From the IMG/VR virus record IMGVR_UViG_3300038425_000174: 64,000 bases of DNA; one strand, 5' to 3'. Below, piece after piece: positions 29,395 through 36,721 of this stretch (position 1 is the stretch's first letter; every line of letters starts with the position of its first letter). The translations under genes were made by a program, and so were the position numbers. Below the pieces are notes generated by a model, which worked only from the letters and a program-made list of their open reading frames with translations, had not been told where the DNA came from and ran no database searches. Source of the stretch: a virus.

Positions 29395-29598
29395 CCTGTC
29401 CGGAATCAGGGTGGCGCCTTGCCTTAGCCGCGCTGCCCGTCCGTCGATACCTGCCCTAGGCGTCTCCACGAACGTTGAGCGGGGACCACCCTAATCCCGT
29501 CAGACTATCACGCTGCCAGTAAACGGGAAGAGGCCCCCTTGCGCAGAGAGCCCCTTTCCCGCTTTGGAAGTCAGACCGGTTTTCATGAACCGCCTGAC
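29395..29598 (-). ncRNA. Candidate ~200-nt structured ncRNA upstream of the integrase
   Basis: TAGCCT -10 (29605-29610) 6 nt before a 5' hairpin; 20-bp hairpin at 29521-29564; 13-bp helix GGGAUUAGGGUGG/CCACCCUGAUUCC; no credible ORF. Confidence 0.5.
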
Positions 29599-29633
29599 GC
29601 CCAGAGGCTAGCACAGGGCTCCGGTCGGCGAGA

Positions 29634-29666
29634 AGGAAAGGGGAGCCCGACGGATCGGGCTCCCCC
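29634..29666 (-). terminator. Intrinsic terminator
   Basis: 11-bp GGGGAGCCCGA/TCGGGCTCCCC stem followed by TTTCCTT on the minus strand. Confidence 0.7.
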
Positions 29667-29772
29667 TGCTCGGACGGGCCGCCCGGGATTCGCAGGCCGG
29701 ACGGTGAGGGGCAGTCTACCAGGGTCCCTCACCTCCCGCACTGCCCCTCCGTGCGTTGAGGGAGGCAGCAAA

Positions 29773-30675
29773 CTAGTACGGAATCACCGTGTGTCCGTGT
29801 GGGGTCCGAGAGGAATACTCAGTGATCCGGGTGAACATGGGGCCGCCCGTGGTGGGATCAGTCCCAGGGCGAAACGCGACGATCCGCACTCGGTATGGCT
29901 TTGATCCAATCATACCGGGATGCTCCCCGCGATCGTAGCCCGTGGCCGTCGCTCGGCCTGTGGTCCAGGTAGTCCAGTGCAGGTCAAAAAGGTTGAGGGT
30001 TTCGGCGTTGGCCGCCCCGGGCCGATCAATAAAGCATTGGCGGGGCTTGATGGGAGAACTATAGTCCGGTGGCGTTAGACAGACAAGTGCAGTGGGACGC
30101 ACGGGCCACCCTCCGAGTCCGAAGGTTTCTTCGGAGCTGGAGAGGGATACGCACCGCCAGTTTCGATTGACAAACTCCGGGTCTGTGAACGTGAACGCGA
30201 AGCGCTGGCCGTTGAAGGAGCCAACGGTGGTCACTTCGCCTGCGTAGCCTTCGAGCGTAACCCAACCAGCAATGCTACCGCCTTCGCTCGGACCACCTTC
30301 AGGTCCTGGGTAGTGAAGTTCGACCCGCTGACCGTATTGGTTGACGCCGTATTTCGGCCTGGCACGGAAGCCGCCGTCGAGCTGGTAAGTACCACAGCTA
30401 GGGCCAATGGCAAAGTCGTCCGCCGTCTCTTCCCCCCAGTAGCTAGGGTCCCACACTTCATCTTCAATGGTCAGGCTGCCAGCGCTCGCGTCATAGCGCA
30501 CGAGGACTTCGTGCTCGTACTCGTTCTGCTGGTCGGCCGGCGGTCCAGGTTCGCCGATGCTGGGCGGGCTCTTTGGCTCGGTGAACACGATGTGCCCGCT
30601 GTGGACGGTGGCGCTGGCTACCGCAGGCGTCATCAGCGCGGCGCCTACGGCGAGAGCTGCAACGAGCCTGGACGT
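29773..30675 (-). CDS. Secreted hypothetical protein
   Basis: Signal peptide RLVAALAVGAALMTPAVASA. The SD-aligned start is ACG at 30675 (alternative GTG 30735). Confidence 0.7.
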   Translation of the reverse strand, partial: TSRLVAALAVGAALMTPAVASATVHSGHIVFTEPKSPPSIGEPGPPADQQNEYEHEVLVRYDASAGSLTIEDEVWDPSYWGEETADDFAIGPSCGTYQLDGGFRARPKYGVNQYGQRVELHYPGPEGGPSEGGSIAGWVTLEGYAGEVTTVGSFNGQRFAFTFTDPEFVNRNWRCVSLSSSEETFGLGGWPVRPTALVCLTPPDYSSPIKPRQCFIDRPGAANAETLNLFDLHWTTWTTGRATATGYDRGEHPGMIGSKPYRVRIVAFRPGTDPTTGGPMFTRITEYSSRTPHGHTVIPY

Positions 30676-30676
30676 T

Positions 30677-30907
30677 GGGACCTCCTGCGTTCTGGAGCCC
30701 GAGCCCTCTCCAGTATTTCGTCCTGGCCGTCTCACTCCAGGACGCTTACAACGATCATATCAGAATGGCGGAGATCTCAGACATCCCGATGTAGGATATC
30801 AGATAGCCCGAATCAGGACGTTGAACATCCCTTCCGCCGCGGCGTAGCGCGCCACTGTGCCCCCGCGCCGTTTGCGCGGCCGGGGGCACGCCCGGAACCC
30901 CTGGGAG
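30677..30907. promoter_or_regulatory. Repeated regulatory cassette, copy B (leader 30677-30763, ~95-nt insert, hairpin element 30859-30907)
   Basis: Direct repeat of 17023-17158 with an internal insertion. Confidence 0.8.
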
Positions 30908-30981
30908 CAAGGTGGTTCGTGACCTCAACTTGTAGACGACAGGATGAGGGACTTCCTGGCCAATGTGGAGTGTCCAACGCC

Positions 30982-31155
30982 TCACCACCGCCCCTCGCCT
31001 CCCGCCCTGTCGTAGTCCGTCCTGCTCAGCGGCACCCGGTTGAAGAGTATCGCGCTCATGTACTCGCGCCACGTGATTGTCGGCGGGGTTGCGAGGCGCT
31101 GCTCTAGGCTCATCCGGCCGGTTCCGCCGGGGGAGATTGTAGTCTGGTCTTGCAT
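30982..31155 (-). CDS. Small hypothetical protein (57 aa, MQDQ...)
   Basis: Directly downstream of the repeated hairpin/GGAAGGA element. Confidence 0.5.
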   Translation of the reverse strand: MQDQTTISPGGTGRMSLEQRLATPPTITWREYMSAILFNRVPLSRTDYDRAGGEGRW

Positions 31156-31164
31156 GGGAGGTCT

Positions 31165-31496
31165 GTCCTTCCGTGCCATGCCCCCGGTCGTTGCAAGCGG
31201 CGCGGGGGCGCTTTTTGTGGGTGTGTCCGGCTGTTATCGACGTATTCAGGGCCTTCCTTCAGTCCTTGGGTCGGTTCTGGCCAGATGGTTCCGGCGGTGG
31301 GGCGCCCTCCTGGCTATCGGCGAGTGTCCGGGACATCATCAGAGAGACCAGGGAGAGCAGCAGCACCGTTGTCTTTGTTTCGCTCGGGGTCATCTCCGGC
31401 CTGCTGTAGGGTTCGCGCTGCATGGGAGTACCGAGTCCTTCCGTGCCATGCCCCCGGTCGTGTCAGCGGCGCGGGGGCGCCTTTTGTAGGTTGCGT
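31165..31496. repeat. Two direct repeats (31165-31218, 31435-31496) of a GC hairpin related to 17110-17138 and 30859-30887
   Basis: 27 bp identical (GTCCTTCCGTGCCATGCCCCCGGTCGT), then GCGGCGCGGGGGCGC and a T-run. Confidence 0.85.
31259..31423 (-). CDS. Small hypothetical protein (54 aa, MQRE...)
   Basis: Same upstream element as 30982-31155. Confidence 0.45.
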   Translation of the reverse strand: MQREPYSRPEMTPSETKTTVLLLSLVSLMMSRTLADSQEGAPPPEPSGQNRPKD

Positions 31497-31505
31497 TTCC
31501 CATCG

Positions 31506-31808
31506 TCATTTGTCGGCCGCTGCTTGAGTGATCTCGATCGTGAAGGCCGTCAGCGGCCTGTTGGGCTTCCCGTCGGCTCGTAGCGGTCTCCGTTTGCTCG
31601 TCTGGCCCCATAGCCGCCATGCGTCCGCTGCGTCCCGGAAACGGCGCGCACGGGCCTTCTCCGGTGACGTGAGGACATGGGCGAGCATGGGAGCGCCGTC
31701 TGGCGCCCGGCCGTCGCGCTCCGGGTCGTACTCGACGAGGTATTGGCCGTCGAAGGGCGTGGGGCCAGCGCCGCATCGCAGCAGCCGCATGACGAAGTAG
31801 TGCGCCAC
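31506..31808 (-). CDS. Hypothetical protein
   Basis: SD-preceded ORF in the leftward operon. Confidence 0.55.
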   Translation of the reverse strand: MAHYFVMRLLRCGAGPTPFDGQYLVEYDPERDGRAPDGAPMLAHVLTSPEKARARRFRDAADAWRLWGQTSKRRPLRADGKPNRPLTAFTIEITQAAADK

Positions 31809-32344
31809 TAGCGATCACGCTCCTCGACTGGACGGTCCAGAATTGTCGGCGGAACCGACCCTCCTCTGCCGGCCAGGGTCGGGCGTCTAGTCGTCTTCCT
31901 GATCAGTTCGCCCGCAACGTGGTGGACGTAGTCCTCCCCGAAAGCCGCGAAGAGCTGCTCGTACAGACGCTCCTCCCGCCGCGACGGATGTCCACCGATC
32001 TGATCAGCCTCAATGAGGAGCCGTGCGCCCTCTTCGCTCGTGAGGTAGCGGGGCTCGGGCTTGCAGCCGTAGGGACAGCGCATCGTCTCGACCACTCCCC
32101 ACAGGCGGCAGATGAGCGGGCGGATCTCGTAGACACCGCACCGGTTCTCCCTGAGCATCGAGCAGCTCGCGCCCAGCCCGCAGGTGAGTGGTCCCGCCCG
32201 CTGCTCGATCCGTTGACGCTCTCGGACCGACGTCTCTATAGGCCCGCAGGAGTCGTAGCAATGGCGCTGACAGTCGATCGTCGGCAGGGTCGCGTAGAGG
32301 GCCTCCAGGCGCTCGTCCGTGCGTCGCGGGTTAGGTGCCATCAC
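31808..32344 (-). CDS. YkgJ-like (CxxCxxCC) cysteine-cluster protein
   Basis: CQRHCYDSCGP...CSMLRENRCGVYEIRPLICRLWG. Confidence 0.75.
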   Translation of the reverse strand: MMAPNPRRTDERLEALYATLPTIDCQRHCYDSCGPIETSVRERQRIEQRAGPLTCGLGASCSMLRENRCGVYEIRPLICRLWGVVETMRCPYGCKPEPRYLTSEEGARLLIEADQIGGHPSRREERLYEQLFAAFGEDYVHHVAGELIRKTTRRPTLAGRGGSVPPTILDRPVEERDR

Positions 32345-32356
32345 TGTCAGTCTTCC

Positions 32357-32797
32357 TCAATGGGCGACGCGCCCATTGTTGTCAAGCCGCTCCCTCAGTG
32401 CGCGTGCTAGGTGATCCTCGGCAGTGTAGAGCGCGTTTAGTGCTCTTGTGATTTCTGCGCGCTCGGTTCGGGATTCCGCCGCCTGCTCTGCCCAGGCGGT
32501 CTCTTGCGCCGCCGCCTGTACTTTTACCGCACTGGTCTCTGCTGTTGCCTGTTTTGACGATGGCCGTTTCGACAGACGGCGACCCATACTCCTGGCTAGG
32601 ACCTCCTCGGCTTGAAGCCGTGTTAGTACAGGTGCCCCGTTCTCCGCTGTCTTGAGTCCTAGCCGACGATGAATCCGAATGCCACTTAGGTACCATAAGC
32701 CGTACCAGGTCTCTGCCCCGGTGGGGTCTACCCGAACCTGTAGAGATCCAGTCCCATAGCGCCGCTTCTTTCTCGTGGTCTTTATCAGGACTCCCAT
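32357..32797 (-). CDS. Protein with a tyrosine-integrase arm-binding-like N-terminus and coiled coil
   Basis: RRYGTGSL...WYGLWY...RRLG...AEEVL; no catalytic domain. Confidence 0.45.
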   Translation of the reverse strand: MGVLIKTTRKKRRYGTGSLQVRVDPTGAETWYGLWYLSGIRIHRRLGLKTAENGAPVLTRLQAEEVLARSMGRRLSKRPSSKQATAETSAVKVQAAAQETAWAEQAAESRTERAEITRALNALYTAEDHLARALRERLDNNGRVAH

Positions 32798-33263
32798 TAC
32801 TCCTCCTTATCGGGCATAGAGTCACGCGGGTAGGGGCCATCAGTATCCCGTGCCTTGCGGTGGCTCTCATTATCGCGTTGACGCCACCAGCGGGCGTCCT
32901 GCCGAATGATGGCCAGTCGCCGCCGATCCAACTGGCCCTTACTCCATCCCTGGTGCCGGCTTGGGGGAAGCGGCGCTACGGGCTTAGGAAGCGGTGTCGG
33001 CTTACGGCGACGACTCATGCCGACTCTCCCATCACACGATCATCTGGCCTGCGTTTCCGAACCCTCACTCGGCCAGGATAGGTCGCCCTCCACCAATGGG
33101 CCGCTGTGGCGGTGTCCTGCCGCGTCCGCCCGCAGGACACGATCCCGCCATCGACATAAACTCCGTATGGCATCCCGGTGATCGGTATACGGTCGAGCAT
33201 CCTGCGGGCGTCGGTAATGGCCGCAGGTGTTGAGCGGGGATCGGGTTGCTTGGTGATCGTCAT
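32797..33263 (-). CDS. Two small hypothetical ORFs (32797-33018, 33015-33263)
   Basis: Overlap-coupled. Confidence 0.45.
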
Positions 33264-33715
33264 CGCATCGCGTCCAGCGATTCGTAGTACCAGCTGTGAA
33301 GAAAGCCGAGGGCAAACGGATCGCGCCCGATCCGAGTTCGGTGCCACGCCCACAGCGCCCGCCCCGACCGCCCGTTCCCATCTGTGAAGGGATGCAGCTC
33401 CTCGTAGCGGCTGTGGAGCATGAAAGGTGTGATCGAGCCTCCATCCAACATCTCCAGTAGCGATTCGAGTTCCTCCGGTATCGTCGGCCCACCGGGCGGG
33501 GGTTGATGATGTGAGCCTGTGATCCACACGTTCATGCCCGCACTCTTACGTAGGCGGGCATCAGCCACCCGGTCAACGAACCTCTCAAGGTCCGGGATGG
33601 TGATCAGGCTCCACGATAGGAACTGCTGGTGGGCGGTGATCTCCTCCGGGAACACGAACTCGCGGTGGATGCCCTCGATGCGATTCGATTCCCGGATGAA
33701 GTCGAGGAGGATCAT
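33260..33715 (-). CDS. Fic-domain protein with N-terminal inhibitory helix
   Basis: HPFTDGNGRSGR catalytic motif; SNRIEG matches (S/T)xxxE(G/N). Confidence 0.9.
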   Translation of the reverse strand: MILLDFIRESNRIEGIHREFVFPEEITAHQQFLSWSLITIPDLERFVDRVADARLRKSAGMNVWITGSHHQPPPGGPTIPEELESLLEMLDGGSITPFMLHSRYEELHPFTDGNGRSGRALWAWHRTRIGRDPFALGFLHSWYYESLDAMR

Positions 33716-33873
33716 CGCGACCTCCCGAACAGGAAACACAGGCGCAGGAAGGCGAGCGTCAGGACCCAGAGGAACGTAACCGCTATCAGCGGTTTGGCGA
33801 GGGTCAGGAAGCCCACCGCGCCTATGAATCCGACCTCACCCACCGCGAGCGTTATCCAGAAGCTGGGTCTCAT
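33712..33873 (-). CDS. Small membrane protein (53 aa)
   Basis: Two hydrophobic segments; ATGA overlap with the Fic gene. Confidence 0.5.
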   Translation of the reverse strand: MRPSFWITLAVGEVGFIGAVGFLTLAKPLIAVTFLWVLTLAFLRLCFLFGRSR

Positions 33874-33893
33874 CTACTGCGGTCCTGTGCGCG

Positions 33894-34280
33894 TCATGTG
33901 GTTCCTTCAAGTTGATCCGCCTTTGCCAGGAAGGTGGCAGCCTCCGCAGGCGTACGACCAGCGACTTCGCGCAGTGACTTGATGCGCTCCGCGCGCCGGT
34001 CCACACCCTCGATGCGGTCTAGCTCGCGCTGTGCTGCCTCAACATAGCCCGATAGGTCGCGGAGTGCGTCACGCAAGTATGCAAGCGTTGCCTCATTCAT
34101 ATCAGCGTCGTTCCAGGTCGTGCGTGTCCTCACGGCGCGCGAGAACCAACGCATCACCGCACTGGTTGCCGACTTCAGTCGACGCTCGCAGTCGTACTGC
34201 GTGTAACGCTTCCCCTGCTCAGTCACCAGCCAGCGCGTGATCCCGTGATCTTCTCGACGCTCCTGTATACGGTCGCTCAC
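33894..34280 (-). CDS. Hypothetical helical protein
   Basis: SD-rich upstream; GTGA overlap. Confidence 0.5.
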   Translation of the reverse strand: MSDRIQERREDHGITRWLVTEQGKRYTQYDCERRLKSATSAVMRWFSRAVRTRTTWNDADMNEATLAYLRDALRDLSGYVEAAQRELDRIEGVDRRAERIKSLREVAGRTPAEAATFLAKADQLEGTT

Positions 34281-34588
34281 AGCCCCTCCTCCTCCTCCCT
34301 GCCTATTTCCGAATCCCTGTCGTCGAACCGCCACTCGTCGCGCTCCTCCATCGCCCGCTGTGTAGCCTCAGCACTCCCAGCGGGTACGATGCCGTGATCC
34401 TCCAGCTCGCGGGTCAGGTCGACCTCGGTCGCTCCGTGGTAGATCACGACCTCGACGCCGAGCTTGATCGCGTCGTCCGCCTTGATGTAAATGGGCTGGC
34501 CTGCGCGTAGCCGCGTGACATTCATGTCGGAGAGGCCGAGGAATACGATTGGCGGGCGTCCCTCCGGCTCGGCTCGATAGCGGATCAC
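34277..34588 (-). CDS. Hypothetical protein, GLS...GxP paralog family member 1
   Basis: Similar by eye to 49898-50452 (N-terminus) and 50708-50995. Confidence 0.6.
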   Translation of the reverse strand: MIRYRAEPEGRPPIVFLGLSDMNVTRLRAGQPIYIKADDAIKLGVEVVIYHGATEVDLTRELEDHGIVPAGSAEATQRAMEERDEWRFDDRDSEIGREEEEGL

Positions 34589-35163
34589 CAGTTCTCCTTA
34601 CGATCAGGAGGCGGGGGCGCCGGGGCGTAATCGAGTGTCGCGTTATCACTGACGCGCTTCGACGTACACCAGTCTTCGTCTATCTGCGCCAGTCCGAGCC
34701 GCTCGCGAGCAAACTCACATAGAGCTTTCGCGTCATCCTCTGGCACGACAAATATCAGTTCGGTCCACATTGACTCGGCTCCCATCAGTCGGCCCCCGTC
34801 TCGTAGATGATATCGGTGACATACGTGATATCGGGCTCGGGCTGTCCCGTGGAATCGTGAACGTCTCGCAGTCGAACGTCCAGCGCACGTCCGACCCGAG
34901 GCAGAAGTCGCAGACGGGCTCGGTCATCATCGTGTCCCTGGCCTTGGGGATTCGAGCGGCCTCATCCTAGTGACAGACGCGCTTTCCTGTAGGGTTTTCA
35001 CGGCCGTACGAGGCTGCCGTCCTAGCTCGAAGAAGACGCGAGCACCGAGCCTGCCCACCCTTGTGACCGACCACCATCCGTTGACGTTCAGAATCGTGTC
35101 GCCCTCGCGGATCTCGCTCGCCGGGACGCTCTCGGTAGGCAGCGGCCTGCTCAGAGGTGGCAT
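34585..35163 (-). CDS. Three small hypothetical ORFs (34585-34785, 34733-34930, 34927-35163)
   Basis: Coupled leftward ORFs; exact starts uncertain. Confidence 0.4.
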
Positions 35164-35585
35164 TCTATTTCGACGTGGAAGGCTTCGCGGTACTGACTGA
35201 TCGAATCAAATGACTCTTCTCGAATGTGCCCTGATCGGTCGATCACCATCTGGGCAACCCAGCATTTCGTCTCATGGCGAGGGATAAAGAAGCCTTCTTC
35301 CTCGGGAATGATGCCATTGCAGTGATAGGCGCCTTCTTCGGACTTACATTCCTGTTCCACGCCAGGTGAATGAAGGTGTTGGACCGATTCCCCGACCCCA
35401 TGAGCTTCCACCACGCTCAAGAACTTCTTGAGCCAGATCGATTTGGCTTGCGTCGCGCTGATCGTCGGCCCAGTGGTGGTCGAGGCCGACGAGGAGCCGC
35501 CGGCTTCGCCGCTTTCCGAACTGGCACACCCGGCTACGGCGAGCACAGCCGCAATGCCAGCGAGGGTTAGGAACACTCGTCTCAC
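35151..35585 (-). CDS. Lipoprotein
   Basis: MRRVFLTLAGIAAVLAVAGC lipobox; Ser/Thr linker; GTGA overlap. Confidence 0.75.
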   Translation of the reverse strand: MRRVFLTLAGIAAVLAVAGCASSESGEAGGSSSASTTTGPTISATQAKSIWLKKFLSVVEAHGVGESVQHLHSPGVEQECKSEEGAYHCNGIIPEEEGFFIPRHETKCWVAQMVIDRSGHIREESFDSISQYREAFHVEIECHL

Positions 35586-35986
35586 CGTGTCCCTCCTGGG
35601 CCTGGAGGTTCTAGTGTCGATTGGCAATAGGTCGATATTTGCTTACCCGTCTTGAGATAGGCGTTAGTTAGAAGCTGTGTTTCGGCGGCGGTCACCGTAC
35701 TCGTTTCGACGCTCAGACCGCTGATCTGTCCCGTCAGTTCCGGTATGCAGGTCGTGAGCTTCGCGACCGTCGCATCACTCTTGGCAACCAGCCCGTGCAG
35801 GACCGTGACTTCGGCCTTGAGAGCCTCCGCTTCGCTCGTCAGTGCCGCTACCGACCCGAGGTTGAGCTTCTGCGCCGCCGCTGGTTTCTTGTTCAGGGCG
35901 ATGATCGCGAGTCCCGCCGCAGCGACCGCCGCAATGAGCGCTACCAAAGTGATCGCCAGATGCGTATTAGTTCGCTGCTCGTACAT
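35582..35986 (-). CDS. Membrane-anchored coiled-coil protein (leaderless)
   Basis: TATAGT 7 nt before the ATG; N-terminal TM helix. Confidence 0.7.
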   Translation of the reverse strand: MYEQRTNTHLAITLVALIAAVAAAGLAIIALNKKPAAAQKLNLGSVAALTSEAEALKAEVTVLHGLVAKSDATVAKLTTCIPELTGQISGLSVETSTVTAAETQLLTNAYLKTGKQISTYCQSTLEPPGPGGTR

Positions 35987-36012
35987 GCCCGCAACTATAT
36001 AGCAGGCGGGTA

Positions 36013-36126
36013 CTACCGGGGCTCCGGGCCTACAGAGGCCGGCGTCCCGCCGTGTTTCAGTCCCGGTCGCGTATCCGGGACTCGATCAGACGGAAGCCGG
36101 CTTGTCTACGTAGCGGTCGGAGTCTA
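36013..36126 (-). ncRNA. Candidate ~100-nt sRNA with its promoter
   Basis: TAGACT -10 at 36121-36126; GUCCCGG/CCGGGAC hairpin; ends in the 17-mer shared with 38843-38859. Confidence 0.4.
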
Positions 36127-36305
36127 CCAGCGAAAGGGAACTGTCGCCAGCCGTCGAACATAGGGACGTCGCGAGTTCTGGCCCCGGGGTTTCGGTTGTC
36201 CCCCGAGAGAGCCTCAGCGCGGCACGGGGCGCCAGCAAGGGGCCGCCGGGTTTTCGGTAGATCCCCGGCGGCCCTCTCCCTGCCGGAGCGCTCAGCTAAG
36301 CGGCT

Positions 36306-36596
36306 ATGAGTCACGACCTACATGCCCAGCTTGTAGAAGTCCTCGCCACCAAGCCAGCGGCTCCCGGTCAGCACACGGGTCAGAGCCTCTACCGTCTCGC
36401 CCGCGACTCTAACTGGGTGATCGAGTACACGCGACGACTACACGGGATCTCGCTCCGTGTCGAACGGCCCGACGGCCAGTGGGCGGCGACCTTCTCGCAG
36501 GTCGGAGCCTTCTCGGCCGAGGAGTACGTCTGGGAAGCTCTCGCGGAGGGCTTCAACCGCGATCCTGGCGGCTTCTGGACCGACCCCGCTGCCTAG
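36306..36596 (+). CDS. Hypothetical protein
   Basis: Isolated + strand ORF after a strong hairpin (about 36239-36277). Confidence 0.5.
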   Translation: MSHDLHAQLVEVLATKPAAPGQHTGQSLYRLARDSNWVIEYTRRLHGISLRVERPDGQWAATFSQVGAFSAEEYVWEALAEGFNRDPGGFWTDPAA

Positions 36597-36721
36597 TTAT
36601 ATTTGGACTGAGGCCCCCATCGCTGTCCTCCGAAGGTCGCAACGACAGGGGCCTCAGCCGGCTGAGCCGCGTAGTCCTGATCGGATGTGCGGTGGGAACT
36701 CGGGCTCAACAGGAGGACAAG

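Noticed and set aside
29300-29770. Exact attP site
   Set aside because: Several inverted repeats are present (for example 29570-29598), but none can be assigned without attL/attR junction data.
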